A stretch of 58,943 bases of DNA from a virus (Duplodnaviria; Caudoviricetes), in IMG/VR virus record IMGVR_UViG_3300028883_000054, positions 1 to 58,943 of that record, one strand, 5' to 3'. This document shows positions 8,958-18,076 of this stretch, one piece after another. The notes under the pieces are model-generated. The model was not told where the DNA came from. It did no database searches and saw nothing but the letters and a program-made list of their open reading frames with translations. How positions within the stretch are numbered: position 1 is the first letter of the stretch; the number at the start of each line of letters is the position of its first letter. The position numbers and the translations under genes are program-made.

Positions 8958-9866
8958 ATGAAATATCAACTGAATATCAATCAAAAGGCGTGGCAGAAAC
9001 ATTTTCCTGATGCGAATCTTAATCACGCGGTTATTTTAGATACGATACAAACGATGTGTACAATCCAGGGACCAGGATTGTTAAAAGACGAACAAGGGTT
9101 CACATTTATTTCTCTCAACCTCATAATTAAAGAAATACCTATGATGAGTATCAATTGCAAATCCGGAGTTTCAAAATATATACAAGATTTACAAAATTGG
9201 GGATTAATTGATACAAAAATTAACAAACGAAATCAATACATCAAGGTGACTGCAAAATATCATAAAATATTTGTCACAAATTATAATCAAGGTCAAGAAC
9301 GAGGTGTTCACTCAGATGAACAAGGTGTTCACTCAGATGAACAAGGTGTTCACTGTGGTGAACGAGGTGTTCACTCAGATGAACAAGGTGTTCACTGTGG
9401 TGAACGAGGTGTTCACTCAGATGAACCTATAAGTAATACTAATATAAGTAATACTACTATAAGTAATGTCGATGAATCAAAAAAAACAAGAACTTTAAAA
9501 TCTGATAAAATAAATCCAGTTAAGGAAGGAGAAACTGTAGGAACGAAACGTCCGTCCAGGATAAGTATCTTTAGGAAGAAATATGAAGATAACTTCTTAG
9601 ATAAATATTCGGAGCCTTATAATTGGGGCAATTTTGCTAAATCAGGACAACAGATTAAAAATCTTTATTCTTTCCTTGATAAAATATACGATTATAATAC
9701 TTCGGTTGAAATTATGGATAAGTGTATAGAAATATTTTTTAATAAACCAGACAGATGGGCAGAGGATGAGAAGCACCCTCTTTATATATTTATTAACAAA
9801 TTTAACAAACTTCATATTGAGTGTAAAAGTTCAGATGATAGAGTTTTGCTATTTAACGTAAATTAG
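8958..9866 (+). CDS. phage replication initiator (lambda O/DnaD-like organisation)
   Basis: N-terminal winged-HTH-like segment, central iteron-encoded repeats, upstream of DnaC-like ATPase. Confidence 0.8.
   Translation: MKYQLNINQKAWQKHFPDANLNHAVILDTIQTMCTIQGPGLLKDEQGFTFISLNLIIKEIPMMSINCKSGVSKYIQDLQNWGLIDTKINKRNQYIKVTAKYHKIFVTNYNQGQERGVHSDEQGVHSDEQGVHCGERGVHSDEQGVHCGERGVHSDEPISNTNISNTTISNVDESKKTRTLKSDKINPVKEGETVGTKRPSRISIFRKKYEDNFLDKYSEPYNWGNFAKSGQQIKNLYSFLDKIYDYNTSVEIMDKCIEIFFNKPDRWAEDEKHPLYIFINKFNKLHIECKSSDDRVLLFNVN
9297..9426 (+). repeat. six 21-bp tandem iterons (likely replication origin)
   Basis: GAAC(G/A)AGGTGTTCACT(CAGAT/GTGGT) x6; TGAAC-N5-GTTCA palindromes. Confidence 0.85.
9428..9467 (+). 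repeat. AT-rich 15-bp repeats (candidate unwinding element)
   Basis: TATAAGTAATACTA(A/C) x2 plus partial copy, adjacent to iterons. Confidence 0.7.
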
Positions 9867-9874
9867 AGGATTAA

Positions 9875-10768
9875 ATGAAAAATTCATCACGAGGGGAGAG
9901 GACAACTAATCAAATTCTTTCGGTACTGCCAGAATATAACCAAATTAAATACCAATCTAAGAAACCTGAAATATATTGCATTTACTGTAATAGAAGAATA
10001 GAGCCCGGAGGGTTCTGTAGCAAGGGATGGCCTGTAAATCAATATCTAATCTGTCCCGCTTGCGACAAGAAAGAAGAAAAGAAAAACAGTGAAATACTTT
10101 TAAAAAATCTTCAAAAATACCGTAGAAAAAGAATACGTGAAATTGCTCTTCGAAGGGGAGCGCCTCCGGATAAAACGTATAAAGTTAATATTAAAGATTT
10201 TCCTGAAATTATTATCTCGGTTAAAGGTCAAAAATCTAATGTAACCTTTGATAGACTTTTTAATATGTTTATCGAAAATAAAAGCGTGCTTATTATTGGG
10301 GGAAGCGGATCGGGAAAGAGTCATTTAGCAACTATGCTGTTCATGATGTCAATATACCATTTTGCCCAGGACGCTGAAGAGTACTTTCAATGGATATCTT
10401 TAAAGGATTTACATAGGGAAATAAGTACAAATTATTTTAATGAGAAATATATTTTACAAAAAGTCTACCGGAAAAGAGTTTTATCGTTTGTTTTTGGGGA
10501 TTTTTCGGATGATGTAAAGGGGAGTATCGCAAAAGAGACAAGATTAAAAGATTTATTATTTTCAGTTTTTGATAATCGTTACGAACGTATGAAAACATAT
10601 AATCAGTATAATATATGGATGACGACACTTACTGAATTACAATTACAAGACATCGGTTGGGAGTTTTACCGGCGCTTAATTGAGATGTCTTTTATAATTG
10701 ATTTAGGTAAGAATAAAGGTTTCTCTGAAGAAACATTTAAAGAGAGACCAAAAGTCCTAATTCATTGA
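9875..10768 (+). CDS. DnaC/IstB-like ATPase (helicase loader)
   Basis: Walker A GGSGSGKS, N-terminal CxxC pairs, VFDNRY and RRLIEM motifs. Confidence 0.8.
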   Translation: MKNSSRGERTTNQILSVLPEYNQIKYQSKKPEIYCIYCNRRIEPGGFCSKGWPVNQYLICPACDKKEEKKNSEILLKNLQKYRRKRIREIALRRGAPPDKTYKVNIKDFPEIIISVKGQKSNVTFDRLFNMFIENKSVLIIGGSGSGKSHLATMLFMMSIYHFAQDAEEYFQWISLKDLHREISTNYFNEKYILQKVYRKRVLSFVFGDFSDDVKGSIAKETRLKDLLFSVFDNRYERMKTYNQYNIWMTTLTELQLQDIGWEFYRRLIEMSFIIDLGKNKGFSEETFKERPKVLIH

Positions 10769-10796
10769 CAATTTGAAATAAAATAAGGAGAGACAA

Positions 10797-11690
10797 ATGG
10801 GAAATCAAGACGTAATTATTTTAAATTTCAACAAACAACTCAATAATTTAAGCAGCGATATGTCCTTAAAACTCCGGAGTGAATTTGAGAGTTCATTAAC
10901 CGATATGGCAGACCTCATTGAGAGTGTCTACCAAATTAAAGTCACTAATGTAAGTCAAGAAGATTTAATGAAAAAAGCCGGAGAGAAAGCAAAAAAATTA
11001 AAAAAGCTCCGAACTCTTGTTGAAAAAAGAAGGAAGTTTTTAAAGGAAGATTCTTTAAGGACTGGTCAAGCTATTGACGGGATAGCTCGCCTCATACGGA
11101 CAAATATAGAGGATGCTGAAAGTTACGCGATTGAACAAAGGGACTTTGTGAAAATAGAAGAAAAAAAACGACAACAAGAAAGAATTAAAGTTTGGAAAAA
11201 ACGGATTGCCGAACTCGGAGAAGATCCTGATAAATATGGACTGGTTTACCAAAACGAGGCTAATTTTGAAATATTTTATGAAGGATTAAAAAAACGGATT
11301 GCCGAAGAGGCGGCTCAAAAAGAGAAAGCAGAAAAAGAGCGAATTGAGCGAGAAAAACGGGAAGCTGAGCTTCAAAAAGAATTACAGGAAAAAGATGCTC
11401 TCCTCAAAGCAGAGCAAGAAAGACGGGAGCGCTTAGAGGCTGAAGCGCAACAACGTATAGCAAGAGAATGTGAAGCAAAAAAAGCCGCGGAGCGTGAGGC
11501 AAGGCAAAAAGAATTAGCGCCGGATAAGGAAAAACTCCTACAATTGGCCTTAGATATCGCATCCATAGAATTCCCTCAATTAGAAAATTCGGGATTAAAT
11601 ATCATTCTCTCAAATGTGAGAGAATTATTGGTGAAGGTCGAAACTTATATTAAAAACAAAGTCAATGCAATTGACGATTGCCCATTTTAA
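10797..11690 (+). CDS. coiled-coil phage protein (DUF1351-like) with acidic DDCPF tail
   Basis: LKKLRT.VEK.RK.LK...IDG pattern; E/K-rich coil. Confidence 0.6.
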   Translation: MGNQDVIILNFNKQLNNLSSDMSLKLRSEFESSLTDMADLIESVYQIKVTNVSQEDLMKKAGEKAKKLKKLRTLVEKRRKFLKEDSLRTGQAIDGIARLIRTNIEDAESYAIEQRDFVKIEEKKRQQERIKVWKKRIAELGEDPDKYGLVYQNEANFEIFYEGLKKRIAEEAAQKEKAEKERIEREKREAELQKELQEKDALLKAEQERRERLEAEAQQRIARECEAKKAAEREARQKELAPDKEKLLQLALDIASIEFPQLENSGLNIILSNVRELLVKVETYIKNKVNAIDDCPF

Positions 11691-11715
11691 AAAAACGAAA
11701 CCGGAGGGAAATAAA

Positions 11716-12228
11716 ATGAAGTGTGTTATTTGTGAGAAAGAAGTGGGAGAACAATCTGAGGAGTTATGTGAGGAATGTAAGAAACAGAAGTGTTCATTAT
11801 GTAACGGTCCAATAATGGTTGATTATGATGGGGGAAGTATTTACTGCGGGAGATGTGGTATCATCGGGAATATAATCCTAAAAAAAATTATTGATCTAAC
11901 CTATAGAGATTTAATCCATATTCAAAACAAATGGATAGAAAATTCTCAAATAATAAGGGATCAAATTAAAGATATATATAAGAGGTTTGCTAAGGGGAAA
12001 ACTTCTTATAATTATAAACAGTCTGAGATAATAAGGCGTTTTAATCCTGTCGAAGACAAATATTATCATGAAATTTATATTAAAGACAGGTTATTATATT
12101 CAAAGGATTTCTTTATTTTCGGGGATTGGGTCGATAATGAATTTAAAGAACTTATTAAATTCTACCAAGAGACGATTAAAAAGGATATTAGAGACAGACT
12201 TTTTGGAGGGATTAATGGATCTAATTAA
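11716..12228 (+). CDS. hypothetical Zn-finger protein
   Basis: four CxxC motifs; GGAGG RBS. Confidence 0.65.
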   Translation: MKCVICEKEVGEQSEELCEECKKQKCSLCNGPIMVDYDGGSIYCGRCGIIGNIILKKIIDLTYRDLIHIQNKWIENSQIIRDQIKDIYKRFAKGKTSYNYKQSEIIRRFNPVEDKYYHEIYIKDRLLYSKDFFIFGDWVDNEFKELIKFYQETIKKDIRDRLFGGINGSN

Positions 12229-12514
12229 AAAATATAATTTTAAAACAAGAAAATATAAAGACGAAAGAATTTATATAGCCTCAAACGGCGTTATTAAAAT
12301 AACTGTATTCCAGAGTCCGACAAGGAGAGATCGTTTTCTTGTGGTTATTAATGATTATCAAGATAAAATTCTCGGAGAAATCGAACTTAAAAATCAGTTT
12401 CTTTTTACAAAATTAAATTGCATTAATTTCATTTTAAAAGATTATATAAATTATGTTAATCAAATATCTCAAAATAAAGATAAAAAATTCCGACTGGTTC
12501 GGATGGCTGTCTGA
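12215..12514 (+). CDS. hypothetical protein
   Basis: GGAGG RBS before ATG 12215. Confidence 0.6.
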   Translation: MDLIKKYNFKTRKYKDERIYIASNGVIKITVFQSPTRRDRFLVVINDYQDKILGEIELKNQFLFTKLNCINFILKDYINYVNQISQNKDKKFRLVRMAV

Positions 12515-12695
12515 TTATCTTAATTTAAAATTTATTATATATGCTATCAGATGGCAGATCCCTTCATTTTTAATATATTTTCCATTAGTGAAATGTTTCG
12601 GGAAGTTAATTGGAAATATATTAGCTGGTTGCGTCGGATGCCTGATTTTTTATTTTGTCGATAAAAGGTTATTGAACAAACAGGAGAAACCATGA
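12453..12695 (+). CDS. small membrane protein (GtrA-like, tentative)
   Basis: YAIRWQI...GNILAGCVGCLIFYFVDK; start uncertain. Confidence 0.5.
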   Translation: MLIKYLKIKIKNSDWFGWLSDYLNLKFIIYAIRWQIPSFLIYFPLVKCFGKLIGNILAGCVGCLIFYFVDKRLLNKQEKP

Positions 12696-12988
12696 GAAGA
12701 AATAATGTCGCAACTAAAAAAATAAAAAGATTTTGTTATAGATTTTTATTCACGATAAAAGGGATTAGACCTAATTATTATCAGTTATCGTCTCTGGATC
12801 AAAAACATATAATTGATGTCTTTGAAAGCGAATATTTTAAAGATTCGTTTTCAATAGATATTAGACTATCTGGGAAAACGGTTAAAACGGTTTCTCTTAT
12901 AGAGCAAAATGTAAATACCATTGATAATGCAATTTTATCCGGGATTGATCAATATAAAAATCTAATGAAGGGGAATGTCAATGGATAA
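12692..12988 (+). CDS. hypothetical protein
   Basis: AGGAG RBS; ATGA overlap. Confidence 0.65.
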   Translation: MRRNNVATKKIKRFCYRFLFTIKGIRPNYYQLSSLDQKHIIDVFESEYFKDSFSIDIRLSGKTVKTVSLIEQNVNTIDNAILSGIDQYKNLMKGNVNG

Positions 12989-13514
12989 CGCGCGGCGGAC
13001 ACCGTTTAAATCTGAGACGAAAAATGTAAATAGAAATTGCCCATTTTTTTCAGAAAAAAAAGACACCGAGTTTCAATATATTAGATTTATGTATTGCACT
13101 AATCCGGCGGTAATAAATAAATTAGGGACAAACGATCTATTGCACGGTTGTGATCCTACAAAATGTATCCAGGATGGATCCTGCGCGATCATCCCAAAGA
13201 AAGATAAGATTGTTGTATCAAAGAATAAGCGTAAGATCGTTGTTAGGTACGTAAAAAAACCGAAAAATGAAATCAATGAAGATGAATATTTTAAAGCCTT
13301 AAAACAATTCCTTCGACAAGAGATTGTTATTGAATCGTTAGAATCTCGATTCTATCGGTCGGCATCATTAATTAATAGAGATTTTCATAAAATACTAAAA
13401 AAGATCTATGGGCATGATGTTTCGTTAAGAAGCAAGCCCAAATATTTGAAAATCTTAAAAAAAGTAGAACAGTATGAAAAGAGAATGAAAGGAAAAATGG
13501 AAAATGCCGCTTAA
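12975..13514 (+). CDS. hypothetical basic protein
   Basis: ORF in operon; Cys cluster. Confidence 0.65.
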   Translation: MSMDNARRTPFKSETKNVNRNCPFFSEKKDTEFQYIRFMYCTNPAVINKLGTNDLLHGCDPTKCIQDGSCAIIPKKDKIVVSKNKRKIVVRYVKKPKNEINEDEYFKALKQFLRQEIVIESLESRFYRSASLINRDFHKILKKIYGHDVSLRSKPKYLKILKKVEQYEKRMKGKMENAA

Positions 13515-13674
13515 TCCTAATATACCTATAGGTTATATTCGATTAGAAACAGATGCTTGTATTAAGAAAGACGATTGGAAATGGAATCCGTTAACAAGTG
13601 CTTGGGAGATTTGTCGGCATTTAGTTTCTCAAAAAGTTTTAGAATCAGATATAATAATTAGGAAAATTAAATAA
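13504..13674 (+). CDS. 56-aa protein of the P.G[WY].R repeat family (not in ORF track)
   Basis: MPLNPNIPIGYIRLETDACIKKDDWKW...IIIRKIK; stop overlaps methylase ATG. Confidence 0.55.
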   Translation: MPLNPNIPIGYIRLETDACIKKDDWKWNPLTSAWEICRHLVSQKVLESDIIIRKIK

Positions 13675-14552
13675 TGATTAAAATGTTAGATTTGTTCTCA
13701 GGGATTGGAGGTTTTTCTTTAGCCGCAACATGGACATGGGGCAATAAACTTGAAATTGTTTCGTTTTGTGAAATAGATAAATTTTGTCAAAAAGTATTAA
13801 ATAAGAATTTCCCAAATATACCAGTACATGACGATATTAAAACATTAAAGGGGGATAGTTTTGGAGCAATTGACATTATTACAGGCGGATTCCCATGCCA
13901 ACCATTTAGCGTTGCCGGGAAGCAAAAAGGCAAGCAAGATGACCGTTATCTCTGGTCAGAAATGTTTCGCATTATACAAGAAGCGAGGGCGACTTGGGTC
14001 ATTGGTGAAAATGTGCCTGGAATTATCAACATGGCGCTCGACGACGTGCTTGCTGATTTGGAAGCCGAAGGCTACGAAGCACAGACGTTTATTGTTCCAG
14101 CTTGTGCCAAAGATGCTCTGCACCGAAGGGACAGGGTCTGGATTATGGCTTACTCCGAGTGCCACGAACATCGGAACAAGAAGCGACGAATCATTACAAA
14201 AACGCAAAGAATACAGAAACAAATCAAAGAGACAGACTGTTCCACCAGGCAATCTGGCAGAACAGGTTCAATACGGATATCCAATAAAAAACATGTACCC
14301 AACATTGACGACGAACACAGCAAAAAATTATTCAGAAGGAATAAACTGGAAGAAACGACTCGAAAAGAAACACTTGGACGGCGTAATAAAAGCAATAGAT
14401 GGAAGTGGCAGACTGAATCCAGACTGGTGCGAGTGGCTCATGGGATACCCAATCGGGTGGACAGACTTAAATCGTTAGGCAATGCAATCGTTCCACAGAT
14501 AGCATGCGAATTATTTAACATTATAAAAAAAATCTATGAAAGCGAGGAGTAA
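13674..14552 (+). CDS. dcm: DNA (cytosine-5) methyltransferase, main chain
   Basis: DLFSGIGG (I), GGFPCQ (IV), ENV (VI), HRRDRVW (VIII), LGNAIVP (X). Confidence 0.92.
   Translation: MIKMLDLFSGIGGFSLAATWTWGNKLEIVSFCEIDKFCQKVLNKNFPNIPVHDDIKTLKGDSFGAIDIITGGFPCQPFSVAGKQKGKQDDRYLWSEMFRIIQEARATWVIGENVPGIINMALDDVLADLEAEGYEAQTFIVPACAKDALHRRDRVWIMAYSECHEHRNKKRRIITKTQRIQKQIKETDCSTRQSGRTGSIRISNKKHVPNIDDEHSKKLFRRNKLEETTRKETLGRRNKSNRWKWQTESRLVRVAHGIPNRVDRLKSLGNAIVPQIACELFNIIKKIYESEE
13861..14478 (+). CDS. overlapping alternative-frame methyltransferase beta-like subunit
   Basis: 205-codon nested ORF ending GRLNPDWCEWLMGYPIGWTD (motif IX-like); true start uncertain. Confidence 0.7.
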   Translation: MEQLTLLQADSHANHLALPGSKKASKMTVISGQKCFALYKKRGRLGSLVKMCLELSTWRSTTCLLIWKPKATKHRRLLFQLVPKMLCTEGTGSGLWLTPSATNIGTRSDESLQKRKEYRNKSKRQTVPPGNLAEQVQYGYPIKNMYPTLTTNTAKNYSEGINWKKRLEKKHLDGVIKAIDGSGRLNPDWCEWLMGYPIGWTDLNR

Positions 14553-14796
14553 AATGGATCAAACTATTATGGAGTCATGCGAATTAACATTTAACAAAAA
14601 CAGATGTTCGGCGTGTCCGAGATTTAAGGAATGTAGGGGAAAAGAACTTCTTAAATTAATGCCATTTCTCGAGGAAGCTGAAAATTTAACAGAAAAAAGA
14701 CCTTTCAATACCAACGGGGAAAATGATGGTAATTTTGACTATATCCACCTAACAGATGTATTTAATATTATTAAAAAAATGGGTGAAATCATATGA
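14536..14796 (+). CDS. hypothetical protein
   Basis: ORF in operon; start possibly 14554. Confidence 0.6.
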   Translation: MKARSKMDQTIMESCELTFNKNRCSACPRFKECRGKELLKLMPFLEEAENLTEKRPFNTNGENDGNFDYIHLTDVFNIIKKMGEII

Positions 14797-15026
14797 CAAT
14801 CAAAAAAATTAAAGAGACGATTGAAATTGAGATCCGGCTTCTTGGCTCGATCGGTTCTCACATTCCGGCTGAAGCTGATACGACGATCTACAAAAAAGCC
14901 CAGTGGGTAATAGCGGAAATGAAAGAACTTATTAAATATAGCGTATTAAGCGAGGACAAAGAAAAAGATTTAATAGAAAGATTAAATCTTTACGAAGAAC
15001 ATTTAAAATTATTAAAGGAGGCCTAA
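14793..15026 (+). CDS. hypothetical protein
   Basis: ATGA overlap. Confidence 0.6.
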   Translation: MTIKKIKETIEIEIRLLGSIGSHIPAEADTTIYKKAQWVIAEMKELIKYSVLSEDKEKDLIERLNLYEEHLKLLKEA

Positions 15027-15028
15027 TT

Positions 15029-15340
15029 ATGCAAATAGTATGTGCCGAATGTGGCGACGCTTGGATCATGGAAGAGCCGCTTTTAAATGGAGACGCGGAG
15101 CCGGTTTGTCCTCCATGTGCAGAAATGAAACCTTATCCAAGCGAGGTAAAGGTCTCAGATAATAAGAATTATTTTTTATGTGAAAAATGTCAAAAATATT
15201 TTCATGTTTCAGATATGAAATTTAAAGGATGTTCAATTTGTCGAAAATGTTTCAACAATATATTATATGAAATTGGGCGTCAATGGGCAAATGAAAATAT
15301 TAGCCAATTAAACAATCCACTTGAGTTAGGAGAAAAATAA
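15029..15340 (+). CDS. Zn-finger hypothetical protein
   Basis: four CxxC; AAGGAGG RBS. Confidence 0.65.
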   Translation: MQIVCAECGDAWIMEEPLLNGDAEPVCPPCAEMKPYPSEVKVSDNKNYFLCEKCQKYFHVSDMKFKGCSICRKCFNNILYEIGRQWANENISQLNNPLELGEK

Positions 15341-15675
15341 TGGGAATGAATGCTCAATTATTTGCTATCGGTCGTTATAATTCAGATCTAAAAAGAGATC
15401 TGGATTATCCCTCTCATTATTATAATGATTTAAAAGAAGATGTTATTATAATGACTGAATTTGTGCGATGTAATACAAGTGATCAAAGTTATCAATTATC
15501 AAATGCCCTTGGAATCGATCCTTGGGATTTTAATAAACATTTTATCCCAAATAAAAAAGCGAAAGAAATTAGTATTGAAGCCCTTGATCTTAATTTTACA
15601 GGCGGATCTCTTTGCGAAAAATTTGATACATTCGTTAAATATGGTTTTAGTTTTATTTATATACCAAATGGATAA
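15340..15675 (+). CDS. hypothetical protein
   Basis: AGGAG RBS; flanked by imperfect direct repeat. Confidence 0.7.
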   Translation: MGMNAQLFAIGRYNSDLKRDLDYPSHYYNDLKEDVIIMTEFVRCNTSDQSYQLSNALGIDPWDFNKHFIPNKKAKEISIEALDLNFTGGSLCEKFDTFVKYGFSFIYIPNG

Positions 15676-15737
15676 TGAAAATATCAGTCAATTAAAAAAT
15701 CAAATAGAGTAATGTAAAATATCACGGCTGATAAAAA

Positions 15738-15797
15738 TCTCCGGGCGGGCAATTAAATTAACAGTCAAACATAAATGGTTTCACGCTTGCCCGGAGA
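15738..15797 (+). other. GC-rich 13-bp intergenic stem with 34-nt loop
   Basis: TCTCCGGGCGGGC...GCTTGCCCGGAGA. Confidence 0.6.
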
Positions 15798-15817
15798 ATA
15801 TTAATAGGAGAGAAATA

Positions 15818-16045
15818 ATGGAAATAACCGAATTTTATAAACTCCAATTCAGATATTATGATAAAGGTGGCTGGTATGATGATCCTGTTATCTTGCCAGA
15901 TAACTTTTATATTTTGATCGATAAAATTAAACAAGATAAGAGGATAAAAAAAGGTATTGAAATGGGCATTGTCTATAGAATAATTAAAGTCGAAATAACA
16001 GAGACAATAATTCATTATATTCATAAAGGTTCAGACTTAGCATAA
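15818..16045 (+). CDS. hypothetical protein
   Basis: AGGAG RBS. Confidence 0.6.
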   Translation: MEITEFYKLQFRYYDKGGWYDDPVILPDNFYILIDKIKQDKRIKKGIEMGIVYRIIKVEITETIIHYIHKGSDLA

Positions 16046-16077
16046 TATTTTCTTTTATTTAGGGAGGTGAATTTATA

Positions 16078-16269
16078 ATGGATATTTTATTAATTCTATT
16101 TTTTGTTTTTATAATTTTATTGATAGCCACATATTTTAATATGTATTATATCGGTTCTTATTATGATAGATCAATTCTTTTATATGAGCTTAAAATAGCT
16201 TTAAATCAATTAGCCATTATTATACTTAAATCGAAAATTAACAAAATAAACAAGAAAGATGAGGCTTAA
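16078..16269 (+). CDS. small membrane-anchored protein
   Basis: GGAGGTG RBS; N-terminal hydrophobic helix. Confidence 0.6.
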   Translation: MDILLILFFVFIILLIATYFNMYYIGSYYDRSILLYELKIALNQLAIIILKSKINKINKKDEA

Positions 16270-16702
16270 ATCTAAAATGGCATACTCAATAAGATATGAG
16301 GGGAAAGTTCCCTCGAAAAAAAACCAATATGAAATTAGGTTCTCGCGATTATTCTTAAATCAATTTTATCCTCAAATAAAAAAATTAAAATCAACTGGAG
16401 CGAGACAATTGTATTGGATCACTCCATCGAAACAAGTGAAAGAGTTTGAAAACTCTCTTGCAACAATAATTTTCGCGAATTTTGGGGCTCGGGAAAAACA
16501 GAAATTTGAGAACAAAGAAATTGCGGTAAAGGTCAGGATTCAACAAACTCGATCCCGAGACGCAGATAATGCCCTCGGAGCGATCGGGGATGCGATCCAA
16601 GCTGGGATCCCGGGCTTTAACGATAGAAATATTAAAAAATGGGATATCGAGATTGAGAAAGGTCTGAAGGATCTTCTTGATATTGATATTGAAATATTAT
16701 AA
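16259..16702 (+). CDS. rusA: RusA-family Holliday junction resolvase
   Basis: G..PSKKN, RDADN...IGDAI...ND..I pattern. Confidence 0.75.
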   Translation: MRLKSKMAYSIRYEGKVPSKKNQYEIRFSRLFLNQFYPQIKKLKSTGARQLYWITPSKQVKEFENSLATIIFANFGAREKQKFENKEIAVKVRIQQTRSRDADNALGAIGDAIQAGIPGFNDRNIKKWDIEIEKGLKDLLDIDIEIL

Positions 16703-16730
16703 TAAGAAATTTCTATAAGGATAGTAAATT

Positions 16731-17057
16731 ATGGATACTTTCATAAATGCGTGGAAAATTATACAAGCTGAAGTCCATGAAACAGCAAAAGATAAAGGCT
16801 GGTGGAAGGATAAAAGAAATGACGGGGAGATCATTGCCTTGATTCATTCAGAATTATCCGAAGCCCTTGAGGCTTTAAGAGAGGAAAAAAGATCGGATAA
16901 AATAACAGGATTCTCCGGGATTGAAGAAGAATATGCAGACGTAATTATTCGTATAATGGATCATGCTGGGGGGAGAGGTTATCGGATAGCAGAAGCCATT
17001 ATTACGAAAATAGGATATAATAAAAAAAGGGGATACAGGCATGGAAAAAGATTCTGA
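16731..17057 (+). CDS. MazG-like nucleotide pyrophosphohydrolase
   Basis: LIHSELSEALEA...EEYADVIIRIMD...YN..R.YRHGK. Confidence 0.85.
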   Translation: MDTFINAWKIIQAEVHETAKDKGWWKDKRNDGEIIALIHSELSEALEALREEKRSDKITGFSGIEEEYADVIIRIMDHAGGRGYRIAEAIITKIGYNKKRGYRHGKRF

Positions 17058-17367
17058 CATCAAAGAAAAAGTAATAATTATGTTATATGAAAGTATATTA
17101 GATAAATTTAAGCCATGTATAAAATATCCAAAAGGGAACGACAAAAACGATTATCTCCGAATTTGTTGGATAATCCAATTTCATAATAAACTCCTAAAGG
17201 ATATTAAGAATTATGCAAATTTAAAATATTTTGCAGGAGGTAACATCCAGAACGAGGCGTTAGAGAAGATAACAGAAAAAGATATTAATTTAATCAAATC
17301 TAATCTAAGATGGATGGTTTTAAACCTTCCAATTTTAAGAAAATCAGTAAATAAAAAAAACCTGTAA
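17041..17367 (+). CDS. hypothetical protein
   Basis: ORF in operon. Confidence 0.55.
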   Translation: MEKDSDIKEKVIIMLYESILDKFKPCIKYPKGNDKNDYLRICWIIQFHNKLLKDIKNYANLKYFAGGNIQNEALEKITEKDINLIKSNLRWMVLNLPILRKSVNKKNL

Positions 17368-17411
17368 ATGACGATTACAGGGGAATAAACCGATAAATTG
17401 AGGAAAAAATC

Positions 17412-17783
17412 ATGGTTATACTTATAATTATTGCTTTTGGGATTTTAATAATTAATGTATCCACCCTTCTGATTAGCAAACAAAAATTAGAAAATCGCTT
17501 AAATCGCGCTTATAATGAACGAAATTATGCCGCAATATTAGCGGCGGATTTAGCCTTAAAATGCGGGATGAAGGCAGGTTATACAATAGATAAAGAATGG
17601 AAAAGAGGCTGGAATCATCTAGTTAGAATCCAGCTTGATGAATGGACTCAGGTAAGCTGGCATATGAATCCAGAAACTGAAGCGATGGTTAAAGATCTTC
17701 CGGAGACGGATATTGAATGGGATGGGACATTCCATAGCAGAACAGGCGCGTTTTTAAATTATAAGAAACATTTAAGGAGATAA
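17412..17783 (+). CDS. membrane-anchored WDGH-like domain protein
   Basis: AY.ERN, QVSWH, EWDG motifs. Confidence 0.55.
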   Translation: MVILIIIAFGILIINVSTLLISKQKLENRLNRAYNERNYAAILAADLALKCGMKAGYTIDKEWKRGWNHLVRIQLDEWTQVSWHMNPETEAMVKDLPETDIEWDGTFHSRTGAFLNYKKHLRR

Positions 17784-17787
17784 TTTT

Positions 17788-18060
17788 ATGTATTTACAAT
17801 TAAGTGAAGACGAGGCTTTTTCTATCACGAATACCGAAGAAAACCTATGGTTAGGAATTCATGCTCTCGAGAACGGGCAAAGCTTTGGTATTAATTTATT
17901 GCCGTCCAGGGAGTCTAAGCCCCATAAATATATTGAAATAAGACAAGGCGTTTTGGGGATAAAAATATTCTTTTTTATAAACAAAAAAGCTAAAAAGGAT
18001 ATTGATCTTGGGATATGGGAGCACGCCGAAATTATTTGGTCAAAAAAATATTCAAAATAA
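17788..18060 (+). CDS. hypothetical protein
   Basis: AAGGAG RBS. Confidence 0.6.
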   Translation: MYLQLSEDEAFSITNTEENLWLGIHALENGQSFGINLLPSRESKPHKYIEIRQGVLGIKIFFFINKKAKKDIDLGIWEHAEIIWSKKYSK

Positions 18061-18076
18061 ATCGAGGAAAGAAATT

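Noticed and set aside
9297-9426. CRISPR array
   Set aside because: Units are contiguous with no unique spacers, in frame within the initiator, and no cas genes are present
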